Assembly (NCBI GenBank): GCA_963665485.1
Contig: OY762227.1
Coordinates: 3,919,293 to 3,983,292 of the forward strand
DNA: 64,000 nt
Reading direction: 5' to 3'
From: Bacteroidales bacterium
GTDB lineage: Bacteria > Bacteroidota > Bacteroidia > Bacteroidales > UBA4417
Of this stretch, positions 28,924 to 38,455 are shown piece by piece. The position numbers were made by a program, and so were the translations under genes. The notes under the pieces were generated by a model. It was given only the letters and a program-made list of their open reading frames with translations. It made no database searches and had not been told where the DNA came from. The first letter of the stretch is position 1, and each line of letters begins with the position of its first letter.

Positions 28924-29751
28924 ATGAACTTTATTCAATTCATTACTACTCGGCGGTTTTTAAAACATCTGGCATATTCGATATTGCTCTTTATAGTAAT
29001 AGCGTGGGTAACATTGATGATTCTGAAAATGTATACCCGTCACGATCAGATTGCTGTTACCCCAAATTTTGTCGGACTCTCAATGGATCAGGTAAATAGC
29101 CTCGAAACCAGTAAAGATTTTGAAATAGTAATAGTTGATTCGATTTACGACTATACCCGAACACCGGGAAGTGTAATTTCACAAGATCCTTTGCCTGATA
29201 CAAAAGTAAAACCGGGCAGATCCATTTACCTTTCCCTTGTTTCGTATGTGCCTGAACAGGTGAGCATGCCTGCATTAACAGACCTTTCGCTTCGTCGTGC
29301 CAAAGCTCTTCTGCAAACCTATGGACTGAAACTTGGAAGTGTACGTGTAGTTGCTGATATGGCGGAAAACGCTGTACTCAAAGTTACTGTAAATGGGCGA
29401 ACAGTGAAACCGGGAACTTCTATCCGCAAAGGTTCAGTTGTTGACCTAGTGATCGGATCAGGTAAAGGAGCCGGTGATGCGGCTATTCCATTCCTGATCG
29501 GGAAAAGCCGCGAAGCTGCCCATATTGAGCTTACCCGGCTTGGGTTTATCATCAGCGACGAATTTTATTCTGACGACTGCGACAGCACTAATGGAAGGGT
29601 TTATGAACAAACTCCGGTGTATATTTATGGGAAACGTATTGTGAGTGGTACTGGTTTTTCACTTACTTATAAACCGGGAAATTTCAACTTCGATGACTAT
29701 ATCAGCAAAATGATAATTGATACCATTCCTCCAGAAACACCTTTACCTTAA
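28924..29751 (+). CDS. Membrane-anchored PASTA-domain protein
   Basis: 275 aa. It has an N-terminal TM helix (LAYSILLFIVIAWVTLMIL) and then three PASTA-like modules of about 65 aa (VTPNFVGLSMDQV.., SMPALTDLSLRRAKALL.., AIPFLIGKSREAAHIEL..). Confidence 0.72.
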   Translation: MNFIQFITTRRFLKHLAYSILLFIVIAWVTLMILKMYTRHDQIAVTPNFVGLSMDQVNSLETSKDFEIVIVDSIYDYTRTPGSVISQDPLPDTKVKPGRSIYLSLVSYVPEQVSMPALTDLSLRRAKALLQTYGLKLGSVRVVADMAENAVLKVTVNGRTVKPGTSIRKGSVVDLVIGSGKGAGDAAIPFLIGKSREAAHIELTRLGFIISDEFYSDDCDSTNGRVYEQTPVYIYGKRIVSGTGFSLTYKPGNFNFDDYISKMIIDTIPPETPLP

Positions 29752-29763
29752 CTTAAATATTGA

Positions 29764-31728
29764 ATGCAAAAACACATTTTTGCCATACTAATTTTAATAT
29801 TCATCAGCATTACTGCTAAAGCGCAGGAAATGCTGACCATGCCTGCCTGTAATCCGGCTGTAGCCAATCAATATCAACTCAAAAAATCAACTGCTCGTGT
29901 CAAATCAACCGACGCATTAACGCTGCCTTTTTACGATGATTTTTCTGAAATTTCGGTATTTCCGTCCCCATTACGATGGGCTGATTCGTCTGCATTTATA
30001 AATACCGATTATGCAAAATATCCACCCAGCATTGGGATAGCAACTCTGGACGCCCTAAATCAAGATGGCGATCTATATACGAATGCCGGCCCGAATCCTT
30101 TTAACGCGGATTACCTTACATCCCTTCCTATCAGGCTCGATTCAGTCTTTTCTCCTTCGCGAAATGCTATAACGCCTGCGGATTCAGTATTTTTTAGTTT
30201 CTACTACCAGCCACAGGGACGAAGTATTAGCGCTCCTACAAAAAAGTCATCGTTAATACTTGAATTCTACTCACCGGTTGTTAACGACACCTTACATAAA
30301 TGGGATCTTATCTGGTCAACTGATGGTGGAGTATCCGTAGATGCTTTCGCATCAGCTAACGGCAACTATTTTAAGCAGGTCCTTATCCCTATTACTGATA
30401 CATCCTATTTCAAAAATGGTTTCAGGTTCAGGTTTCGTAACATTGCCGCTCTGACAGGCAACGATCTGGCTGACTGGCGCAGTAATGGCAGCCTTTGGAA
30501 CATTGATGTTGTGAATCTGGCAACAGGCGGCAGTAAGAATGGTATCCGTATCGAAGATGTAGCTTTTGGTGACCAGGCGCCATCAATGCTGGTGAACTAC
30601 GAAGCTATGCCATTCAGGCAGTACGCAAAGAGTTTCGACAAAGAGATGAAAGAGTTCCTGGATATCAAAATTGCAAATCTTGATACTATTGCCCAAAACA
30701 GAACCTACAGATACAGCGTAAGTAAGAACTCCCTCCCTACTTTCAGAGATTACAACGGATCACCTTATACTGTTGATCCGTTTCATAGTGATGGATATTT
30801 AACCTATGCGCCATGGGCAAAGCCACCAGTTAACTTTTTTTTCGATCCTACTACGATCGAAAAAAATCTGGTTTTCCATATCACGCATTCACTTACACCT
30901 GATCCTGAACCCAAATACCGTTCGAACGATACAATACGATTTACCCAGGTATTTAGTAATTACTATGCTTACGATAACGGAACATCGGAAGCTGGAATCG
31001 GGATAAACGGAACCGCCGGATCGTACGCTGTTCAGTTTAAGCTTAACTTAGCAGATACGCTTCGGGGAATGCAGATATATTTTAACCCGGTAATTGGCGG
31101 AAGTAATCAGAAAGCAGTTGACCTGAAAGTATGGAATGATTCCAACGGAAAACCAGGCCGGATTATCAAAACACTTGGCGGAGTTACACCGATATATACC
31201 AGTAAACTGAACGAATTTAATTCATATTGGTTCGACACACCAATTATTGTTGATCCTGTGGATTTCCCCGGCCTGATCTTTTACATCGGCTGGTCACAAT
31301 CGTACGTTGATAATCTCAATGTTGGCTTCGACAGGTATAACGACAGCCACACCAAGCGGTTTTTTAATGTAAACGGATCCTGGGAAATGAGTAGCGACAC
31401 ATCCAACTATGGTTCCCTTATGTTTCGTCCGATTGTCGGACCGGTTGATCCACTTGGAATTGAGAAACCTTTGGCAGTAGAACATCTTAGTATTCAGCCT
31501 AACCCGGTGACGGATGGCAACCTTGTACTCAGGCTTCCTGAAGCCTGGACAGGTAATTCAAATAGCGATGTAAATATCAGTATTTTTTCTGCAAACGGAA
31601 GTCGTGTAATATCTGAAACATTTAATAATCCTGTGAATGTAAGCGCACTTGCGCCCGGCATTTATATGGTAATTCTTTCTGATGAAAATATCGGCCGGAA
31701 AGCTACCGGAAAATTGATTATCAGGTAA
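29764..31728 (+). CDS. Secreted protein of unknown function with a T9SS type-A C-terminal sorting domain
   Basis: 654 aa with signal peptide MQKHIFAILILIFISITAKAQ. The C-terminus reads LSIQPNPVTDGNLVLRLPE..ISIFSANGSRVISETF..ALAPGIYMVILSDEN..GKLIIR (Por_Secre_tail pattern). Confidence 0.7.
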   Translation: MQKHIFAILILIFISITAKAQEMLTMPACNPAVANQYQLKKSTARVKSTDALTLPFYDDFSEISVFPSPLRWADSSAFINTDYAKYPPSIGIATLDALNQDGDLYTNAGPNPFNADYLTSLPIRLDSVFSPSRNAITPADSVFFSFYYQPQGRSISAPTKKSSLILEFYSPVVNDTLHKWDLIWSTDGGVSVDAFASANGNYFKQVLIPITDTSYFKNGFRFRFRNIAALTGNDLADWRSNGSLWNIDVVNLATGGSKNGIRIEDVAFGDQAPSMLVNYEAMPFRQYAKSFDKEMKEFLDIKIANLDTIAQNRTYRYSVSKNSLPTFRDYNGSPYTVDPFHSDGYLTYAPWAKPPVNFFFDPTTIEKNLVFHITHSLTPDPEPKYRSNDTIRFTQVFSNYYAYDNGTSEAGIGINGTAGSYAVQFKLNLADTLRGMQIYFNPVIGGSNQKAVDLKVWNDSNGKPGRIIKTLGGVTPIYTSKLNEFNSYWFDTPIIVDPVDFPGLIFYIGWSQSYVDNLNVGFDRYNDSHTKRFFNVNGSWEMSSDTSNYGSLMFRPIVGPVDPLGIEKPLAVEHLSIQPNPVTDGNLVLRLPEAWTGNSNSDVNISIFSANGSRVISETFNNPVNVSALAPGIYMVILSDENIGRKATGKLIIR

Positions 31729-31898
31729 CACCATCTCACAATATTTTGCCAGAGTTTACATTCGGTCAACATCATTATATACAGTAGCTAATAGAATCTT
31801 TGATCAGGTTCTGGCAGTTTTATGTTGCTGTCATTAACCAATAAAAAATTGTATCGAAAACAGTTTACAATCAGCCCGCCAAAACAGATATTTATTAA

Positions 31899-32954
31899 AT
31901 GGAAGAAGAAGAATTAGAAGATAACTCAGCAACAGCGGAAGAAAATGACCTTTACGAACATTTCAGATTTGAGGTGGATAAAGGGCAGGCTATGTTACGC
32001 ATAGATAAATTCCTGATGGGACGCATACAAAATGCATCGCGTAACAAAATACAGAACGCGGCTCGTGCTGACAATATCCTTGTTAACGACAAACCGGTTA
32101 AACCCAATTATAGAGTTAAACCGCTTGATGTCATTTCGATAGTGCTTGCGTATCCTCCCCGTGAAACCGAAATACTTGCTGAAGATATTCCGCTTAATAT
32201 TGTTTACGAAGACGACGATGTACTGGTAATAAACAAAGCTCCCGGTATGGTGGTGCATCCGGCGCATGGTAATTATACCGGCACTCTTGTAAATGCCCTG
32301 GCATACAGGTTTCAACAGCAAGGTATAATGAGTGAAACAGGCCCTTATCTGGTTCACCGTATTGATAAAGACACTTCAGGATTAATACTTGTGGCTAAAA
32401 ACGAGCTTGCTCAAAGTAAACTTGCACGAGGCTTTTTCGAACACAAGGTCGACAGAAAATACCTGGCATTGGTTTGGGGCGATTTTAAAGAAGAGGAAGG
32501 AACGGTTACCGGCCATATAGGCCGTTGCCTTCGCGACAGGCTGATCATGGATGTATTTCCGGATGGCAGCCATGGCAAAGAAGCTATAACACACTACCGT
32601 GTATTGCGCAGATTCTATTATATCACACTTATTGAATGCACTTTGGAAACGGGCCGTACACACCAGATACGCGCTCATATGCAACATATCGGGCATACTT
32701 TATTTAATGACGCGCGCTATAATGGCAACCAGGTACTGAAAGGCACTACATTTACCAGGTATAAACAATTTATCCAGAATTGTTTTGATTTATGCCCGCG
32801 ACAGGCATTGCACGCGCAATCGCTGGGTTTTGCGCATCCGGCAGATGGGAGGAAAATGTATTTCGAAACAGAATTGCCGGCTGATATGCAGGGTGTTATC
32901 GAAAAATGGGAACGGTATGTGATGAAAATTGACCCTGATGACGAAATGGAATAA
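31899..32954 (+). CDS. rluD: 23S rRNA pseudouridine synthase, RluA family (RluD-like)
   Basis: It has an S4-like N-terminus (RIDKFLMGRIQNASRNKIQNAARADNILVN) and the catalytic motif LVHRIDKDTSGLILVAKN, plus TGRTHQIRAHM. Confidence 0.88.
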   Translation: MEEEELEDNSATAEENDLYEHFRFEVDKGQAMLRIDKFLMGRIQNASRNKIQNAARADNILVNDKPVKPNYRVKPLDVISIVLAYPPRETEILAEDIPLNIVYEDDDVLVINKAPGMVVHPAHGNYTGTLVNALAYRFQQQGIMSETGPYLVHRIDKDTSGLILVAKNELAQSKLARGFFEHKVDRKYLALVWGDFKEEEGTVTGHIGRCLRDRLIMDVFPDGSHGKEAITHYRVLRRFYYITLIECTLETGRTHQIRAHMQHIGHTLFNDARYNGNQVLKGTTFTRYKQFIQNCFDLCPRQALHAQSLGFAHPADGRKMYFETELPADMQGVIEKWERYVMKIDPDDEME

Positions 32955-32957
32955 AAT

Positions 32958-32990
32958 AAAAAAAAGGTCTGATTTTCAGACCTTTTTTTT
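32958..32990. terminator. Bidirectional rho-independent terminator between rluD and the convergent OMP gene
   Basis: aaaaaaaaGGTCTGattttCAGACCtttttttt. A GC stem is flanked by an A-run and a T-run, so it can work on both strands. Confidence 0.7.
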
Positions 32991-33022
32991 ATCAAGAAGC
33001 AGAATACAATCTGGCAAACTCC

Positions 33023-33529
33023 TTACAACCGGATGGATATTCCTATTTTCCCGCCAGAAAATGAATTTCCGCTTCCTACCTCTGCATTTATACCAAATTT
33101 ATCGTTAAAATAATAACGACCTCCAACCTGAAGGCCTAATCCAAGACCAGAACTACCACTACCGTTATAATTAGAGTCATTAGTATGCCAGATATAGTAG
33201 CCTAAATTGGCACCGGCATACACATCCCATTCTTTAGGAATATTTAGCAGGGTATTAAAATGATAATTCCCGTTAGCCGAGATACCAATAATTGTGTGCC
33301 GACTATTATAATTATCACCCCAATTATCGCTATATGACCGAAACGAAATTTCACCGCCTACAGTTATATCCTTATGTACACCAAAATCAACACCACCATA
33401 AACAGGAAGGCCCCAGGAAGAAAATCCGAAACCCGCGTTAATCTGTGCCTGGCCGATTCCAATAGGTGCTTGGGCAAACATTGCTGTTGCTGCGACTAAA
33501 AATACAAAAGTAATAAGAGCTTTTTTCAT
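33023..33529 (-). CDS. Small outer-membrane beta-barrel protein (OmpW/OmpX-like porin family)
   Basis: 168 aa with signal peptide MKKALITFVFLVAATAMFAQA. The body has an alternating Gly/aromatic beta-strand pattern, and the C-terminus is GGKIGISIRL. Confidence 0.7.
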   Translation of the reverse strand: MKKALITFVFLVAATAMFAQAPIGIGQAQINAGFGFSSWGLPVYGGVDFGVHKDITVGGEISFRSYSDNWGDNYNSRHTIIGISANGNYHFNTLLNIPKEWDVYAGANLGYYIWHTNDSNYNGSGSSGLGLGLQVGGRYYFNDKFGINAEVGSGNSFSGGKIGISIRL

Positions 33530-34042
33530 AATTAAGTTTTTAAAGTTACCTACTCGTATGGCTTTTCGGTTACGCCCTGTCTTTTAAAGTGGCTACAGAC
33601 CCACTTCTGTTATACAATCTTAAAAATCAAGTATCTGTTTCTCATTTTGCCGGTTGCAGAAAAAAATTCGCTTCACCATGAGATTATTCTTTGAGAATAC
33701 TACGTTGAGCCAGACATTTTTTTAGATAAACTTACAAAGTACTAAATTAGTATTCACTTTAACAAAGATAATTCATTAAAGTTTATTTACACTGGGGAAA
33801 TAAGCCCTAATTCAGAATCTTTTCAACATGGGATTGTTAAAATCAGAAAACGCCAGAAGAGAGAACACCAGGAACTTTTTTAGTTCTTACCTTGGAATCA
33901 ATTAAACTGAAAAGAAGATTGTGGTCAGATTGATAAAGTATTAAATAGGAATTTAGAACTCTTTTATATTTTTCGGTATTCATTTTGAAAATATCAAGAT
34001 TCTTTTTTCCAATAAAAGAGTTTGTAGTTTAAGCTCAAAGGT

Positions 34043-35152
34043 TTATCCCTCAGAAATAATATTATACACCGAATCCCTTTCGGCTGGTATACGTCCGGCT
34101 TTCAGTATCAGTTGCCTGAGTTCGTCGCTGCTTAACGAAGGATTCTCGCCGGCGCCGGCAAGGGAATATATTTTAGTTGAATCGTTAATTGTACCATCCA
34201 GGTCATCAACGCCAAAGGCCAGTGACAATGCGGCCATCTCCTTGCCTATCATTGGCCAGTAGGCTTTCAGATGGGCAATGTTATCAAGATAAATACGTGA
34301 AACGGCGAAATTACGGAGATCCTCAATGAGTGAAACTTCACCGACATATGACATTTCGTTGTTTTTGCTTTTAAATTTCAACGGGATATACGCATTGAAA
34401 CCACCTGTGCGATCCTGCAATTGCCTGAGCAATTCCATGTGATGAATGCGATGTTCGAATTGTTCGATATGACCGTAAAGAATAGTGGCATTGGTTGGTA
34501 TTCCAAGTTTATGAGCGGTTTCATGAATTTCGATCCAGGCTTCGGTTGATGATTTTTTGCCACAGATCTGTTCCCTGATTGCATCATCAAATATTTCGGC
34601 ACCTCCGCCCGGTAATGAGTTGAGCCCGGCATCTTTGAGGAGTTGAAGCCCTTCGGCAAAACTCAAACCTGATCGCTGTGCCATATATTCAATTTCTATG
34701 GCGGTATACGCTTTAATATGCAACGAAGGTCTGGCCTCGTGTACCCGTTTTATCAAATCAGCGTAATAATAAATATCGCGGCCCGGATGCACGGCACCTA
34801 CAATATGAACTTCAGTAATGTCGTCGCCCAGGGTAACAACGGTTTTCACCATTTCGTCAACAGTAAGTTCCCACGATTCCTTACTCTGATGGTGCGAATA
34901 GGAACAGAATTTACAATCATACACACAGATATTGGTAGGCTCAATATGTACATTTCGGTTGTAAAAAACGTAATCACCCACAGCGCGTTTCCTAACCTGG
35001 TCAGCCAGCAAAGCAAGTAACGAAGTATCAGCTTCGCGGTAAAGGATAACACCTTCTTCAGGCGTAATCCGGGTTGAACTTAGAACTTTTAAGGCTATGT
35101 CTTTAATCTGGCTGCTTATAGCTGAAGCTTGAATTATATCTGAAATCATCAT
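34043..35152 (-). CDS. Radical-SAM menaquinone (futalosine pathway) enzyme, MqnE/MqnC (CofH-like) family
   Basis: 369 aa with a CxxxCxxC cluster in TNICVYDCKFCSY. The TIM-barrel radical-SAM length fits, and the gene neighbours mqnD and mqnB. I lean toward aminofutalosine synthase (MqnE) but cannot separate it from MqnC by eye. Confidence 0.78.
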   Translation of the reverse strand: MMISDIIQASAISSQIKDIALKVLSSTRITPEEGVILYREADTSLLALLADQVRKRAVGDYVFYNRNVHIEPTNICVYDCKFCSYSHHQSKESWELTVDEMVKTVVTLGDDITEVHIVGAVHPGRDIYYYADLIKRVHEARPSLHIKAYTAIEIEYMAQRSGLSFAEGLQLLKDAGLNSLPGGGAEIFDDAIREQICGKKSSTEAWIEIHETAHKLGIPTNATILYGHIEQFEHRIHHMELLRQLQDRTGGFNAYIPLKFKSKNNEMSYVGEVSLIEDLRNFAVSRIYLDNIAHLKAYWPMIGKEMAALSLAFGVDDLDGTINDSTKIYSLAGAGENPSLSSDELRQLILKAGRIPAERDSVYNIISEG

Positions 35153-35377
35153 TGTTGTTTTATGTAGGATGCTTGATCTTCTTTAAAATTTAATCTGTAT
35201 TTAATTGAGGGTTTAGGATTTGGGATTTTGGGGTTGGAGGTTATCGGCTAAGAATAAAAAGTTCAAAATTCTGGTTCATCTAAATCAGCAGGTTCAAGAG
35301 TAACAAAGCATTCAGCGATGAAAGGATAAATCGTGTTACACCCTGCGCCTTCATACTATTCCCTTATAATTATTAAC

Positions 35378-37285
35378 TTAGCGAGCTACAATAACCTTGT
35401 GGATTTGCACAGTGCTACCCTGAACTACCTTAACAAAAAAGAAGTTACCTCTATCGGGCAAGGTAATAGTATAACCCCCGGAAGCAGATTCGGAGTATGG
35501 GAAATCAGGGTATCTTTTACCTTGTAAATCAAACACTTCAATATAGACATTACCAGAATTATTATTGTCAGGAAGAATATTGATGACACCTGTGCACGGA
35601 TTGGGTGAAAGAATGGCCCTGACATCAATAAATCCTTCTTTAACAATTGAATCCGAATTAAAGGCATTGCTAACTACTAACTTTACATTCATTTTACCAA
35701 AGCGGTCAAATAGGACTCCTGCAGGGTTTTGCGCTGTCGATTCCGTTGGCTTGCCACCCTGGAAATACCAATGCCATTTAGTAGGTTTACCAGCTGAAAG
35801 GTCCTGGAAATTAATGGTTCCACCGATAGGAATAACAAAAGTATTAGCTGAAAAATCAGCTACGGCGAGGTTATTATTAAATGAACCAGGCATTTTAAGA
35901 ATCCCTTCAGCTTCTAATATATTCCCAGGATCAAGCCATGGTTTTAGTTGCATATCAGCGGTGGTTCCGTTTGATTCCCAGGAGTAGGAAACTTTCCCGA
36001 ACATATCTACCCCCGCTTCGTTATTACACCCACTTTCCCCACCGGTTAGTGTTCCTATTATCAGTCCTTCATCATCAAACAAAGGAGATCCTGATGAACC
36101 ACCCTCAGTGACACCAAAACCATTTACAGTTTGTGCCCAGCTTACTGTCCAATGAGTATACGGAGTTGATCCCCAGTTGCCGGACCCCAAAAACGTATTG
36201 TATGTAGATATTTTCTTTACATCGCCATCGGGATGATGAATGCAAACACCTGAAGCAGAATTGCCGCTTCCCGCATCCCAACCGCAATAAAACGCGTTGT
36301 ATTGAGCAGGAATATTTTTCAGACTTTGCATTAAAAGGAAATCGGAGCCAATATCCGAAGTGGTAGAACTAATTGCAAGTTTCTTAACTCCAACAACTGT
36401 CGACTGCGTAGTAGCCGAAGGAACACAACCGGTGTATTCATAATTAAAATAAAAAATCCATTGCTCATAATCGGTAATAGTAGAAGCCCCGCCACTTCCA
36501 TCCTTACTGCAATGCGAAGCTGTAAGCAACAAACCTTTAAAATCCTGGGCAGTATTATTAAGAAGAGATCCAGAACAGGAATAATACCGTGAACCTACTT
36601 TAGTAAGGATTTTCACAACTCCCTGCTTTTGTTTCTGCCAGTTTTCACCTTCTGAGCAATTCACATTTACTTCGCATATTCCGGATGAAACAGATTTGGT
36701 TTTTTCGAAATCCAGAGCCTCAAAACCGCGATAAATATATACAAGGCCCGAAATATCAATACTTGCGTGTTCTTTAACCCAATCAGGTTCGTATAACTCC
36801 AATACCACCGCATCACCTGATAAAGGTCTGGTTGCAAATTTCTCATTCAGGGGAATTTCTGCTGAAGTCAACGCGCCTATCACAAATTTTTGGTTCTGCG
36901 TATATACAAAGACGTCAGCACCTGCAGGCAAACGTAATTCATTATAATTCAGGCCAATTGCCTGAGCTCCTTTACATAGTAAGGTAACCCGCCAGATACG
37001 CCCACCACCGGGAAGGTCTTCCCACTGGCCTGAGTTGTGGGTTGAAAATGATACAGGAACTTCCACTCCAACCCGGTATGATTTTTCATGCATTGCATCG
37101 TCGTAATCTTCCTTCTGAATGGAAAGCATATCAGGAGCGGCAATTTCTACCGGGAAAAATTGCGATTTCAAACTCTGTCGAAACTGGAAACTCCGGGGAA
37201 CTCCTCCCCTGTCAACCTGGCCAAATACAGTAGAATTGACTGATCCAAAGAAAATTACAACAAATAATACGAGTATATATTTCAA
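35378..37285 (-). CDS. Secreted S1-family (trypsin-fold, lysyl-endopeptidase-like) serine protease with a PKD domain and a T9SS type-A C-terminal domain
   Basis: The catalytic His is in LLLTASHC and the Ser in TEGGSSGSPLF. A PKD-like segment follows (FSANTFVIPIGGTINFQDLS..WHWYF..G). The C-terminus is ILSPNPCTGVINI..IEVFDLQGKRY....IHKVIVAR. There is no in-frame ATG at the 5' end. The possible starts are TTG 37285 (giving MKYILVLFVVIFFGSVNSTVFGQ) or TTG 37312. Confidence 0.8.
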   Translation of the reverse strand: MKYILVLFVVIFFGSVNSTVFGQVDRGGVPRSFQFRQSLKSQFFPVEIAAPDMLSIQKEDYDDAMHEKSYRVGVEVPVSFSTHNSGQWEDLPGGGRIWRVTLLCKGAQAIGLNYNELRLPAGADVFVYTQNQKFVIGALTSAEIPLNEKFATRPLSGDAVVLELYEPDWVKEHASIDISGLVYIYRGFEALDFEKTKSVSSGICEVNVNCSEGENWQKQKQGVVKILTKVGSRYYSCSGSLLNNTAQDFKGLLLTASHCSKDGSGGASTITDYEQWIFYFNYEYTGCVPSATTQSTVVGVKKLAISSTTSDIGSDFLLMQSLKNIPAQYNAFYCGWDAGSGNSASGVCIHHPDGDVKKISTYNTFLGSGNWGSTPYTHWTVSWAQTVNGFGVTEGGSSGSPLFDDEGLIIGTLTGGESGCNNEAGVDMFGKVSYSWESNGTTADMQLKPWLDPGNILEAEGILKMPGSFNNNLAVADFSANTFVIPIGGTINFQDLSAGKPTKWHWYFQGGKPTESTAQNPAGVLFDRFGKMNVKLVVSNAFNSDSIVKEGFIDVRAILSPNPCTGVINILPDNNNSGNVYIEVFDLQGKRYPDFPYSESASGGYTITLPDRGNFFFVKVVQGSTVQIHKVIVAR

Positions 37286-37418
37286 TTGAGACGCATTTTG
37301 AAATTGAGACAAAAGTACTTAAAAAAACAATGAACTAAGAGAATGAGTAGCATCTTACCTGAATAGCATAGATTTCCAGCTTTTAACAGAACTGGCTCAA
37401 AAAAAAAAAAATCCGGCG

Positions 37419-38258
37419 CTATAGATCAGGAGCAAAAATCCTTGCAGGCATTTTTGATATAATTCCAGCTGCAATGGCAAATTCAAACATTTGATTTACA
37501 GCTTGTTTTCCTTGTATTCCAAGGCTTACAGAGAACCCGTTCACATACAGGTCAATATGTTTCTGCATTACTGCATCTTCCATTTCGCGGGCATTACACC
37601 GAATAAATTCGTTTAATTCGCCTTTGTGGGAATTTGCGTATTCAACACTGCGGCGGATACTTCTGTTTACCCTGGCAATTACTTCATTCCCAAGCCTTTT
37701 ATGCGCAGCTATGCCACCCAGCGGAACAGGAGAACCTGTACGTTGTTCCCAAAACTCACCCAAATCGATCAGTTTGCGCAGCCCCTTTAACTGATATGTA
37801 AAGCGGCTTTCGTGAATAATAACACCTGCATCAACTTCCCCGGAAAGAATGGCATTTTCTATTTCCGAAAACAAGAGTTCCTTTTTAAGAACTTCTGTTT
37901 GATTCATTGCCAACGAAAACAAGAGGTTAGCTGTGGTATATTTTCCTGGTATAGCAATTGTTTTCCCTTTAAGCTCCTCGAAATTCGTCAGATTTTTGCT
38001 TATCACAAGCGGTCCGGCACCAAAACCCAGAGCTGCACCTGAATCGAGTAAAAGATATTGGCCGGCGAGGTGAAGAAATGCATGAAAACTAAGTTTTGTA
38101 ATATCCGGTTTTTCAGCAAACGCTTCCCCGTTCAATTTCTCGACATCGGCCATAAAATATTCGAATTCAAGACCTTCGGTATCTATCTTTTGATGAACCA
38201 TTGCATCGAAAATATAAGTATCGTTAGGACAGGGGGAAAAGCCGAGGGTGAGTTTCAT
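37419..38258 (-). CDS. mqnD: 1,4-dihydroxy-6-naphthoate synthase (futalosine pathway)
   Basis: MKLTLGFSPCPNDTYIFDAMVH is the MqnD-type N-terminus, whereas MqnA proteins lack SPCPND. 279 aa, with a periplasmic-binding-protein-like fold length. Confidence 0.78.
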   Translation of the reverse strand: MKLTLGFSPCPNDTYIFDAMVHQKIDTEGLEFEYFMADVEKLNGEAFAEKPDITKLSFHAFLHLAGQYLLLDSGAALGFGAGPLVISKNLTNFEELKGKTIAIPGKYTTANLLFSLAMNQTEVLKKELLFSEIENAILSGEVDAGVIIHESRFTYQLKGLRKLIDLGEFWEQRTGSPVPLGGIAAHKRLGNEVIARVNRSIRRSVEYANSHKGELNEFIRCNAREMEDAVMQKHIDLYVNGFSVSLGIQGKQAVNQMFEFAIAAGIISKMPARIFAPDL

Positions 38259-38259
38259 T

Positions 38260-38268
38260 GGGGGGGGG
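38260..38268. repeat. G9 (C9 on the coding strand) homopolymer, 1 nt upstream of the mqnD start codon
   Basis: The sequence reads ..agtttCATtGGGGGGGGGaatgg.., which is nine consecutive G. Confidence 0.95.
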
Positions 38269-38270
38269 AA

Positions 38271-38396
38271 TGGTTAATGGTTAATCGTTATTGGTTAATC
38301 GTTAATCGTTATTGGTCATTGGTTAATCGTTGTTGGTTAATCGTTGTTGGTTAATCGTTAATCGTTATTGGATAGTGGTGAATCGTTATTGGTTAA
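38271..38396. repeat. Heptanucleotide tandem repeat, 18 copies of T(G/C)GTTAA-like units
   Basis: tggttaa tggttaa tcgttat tggttaa tcgttaa tcgttat tggtcat tggttaa tcgttgt tggttaa tcgttgt tggttaa tcgttaa tcgttat tggatag tggtgaa tcgttat tggttaa. That is 18 x 7 = 126 nt exactly. Confidence 0.95.
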
Positions 38397-38410
38397 CAGG
38401 GACTTGCGTT

Positions 38411-38455
38411 TTGGAATTTTAAATTTGAAATTTGGTGCTTGGAATTTTAAATTTG
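38411..38455. repeat. Two copies of the 17-nt direct repeat ttggaattttaaatttg (period 28 nt)
   Basis: The copies lie at 38411..38427 and 38439..38455. Each contains taaatttg (TAnnTTTG) on the plus strand. Confidence 0.9.

Noticed and set aside
38058-38354. 98-aa plus-strand ORF ending ..WLMVNRYWLIVNRYWSLVNRCWLIVVG
   Set aside because: It is a translation artefact of the heptanucleotide array and of the antisense strand of the mqnD 5' end.
38271-38455. Possible CRISPR array
   Set aside because: The repeat period is 7 nt with no spacers, the 17-mers occur only twice, and no cas genes lie in the window.
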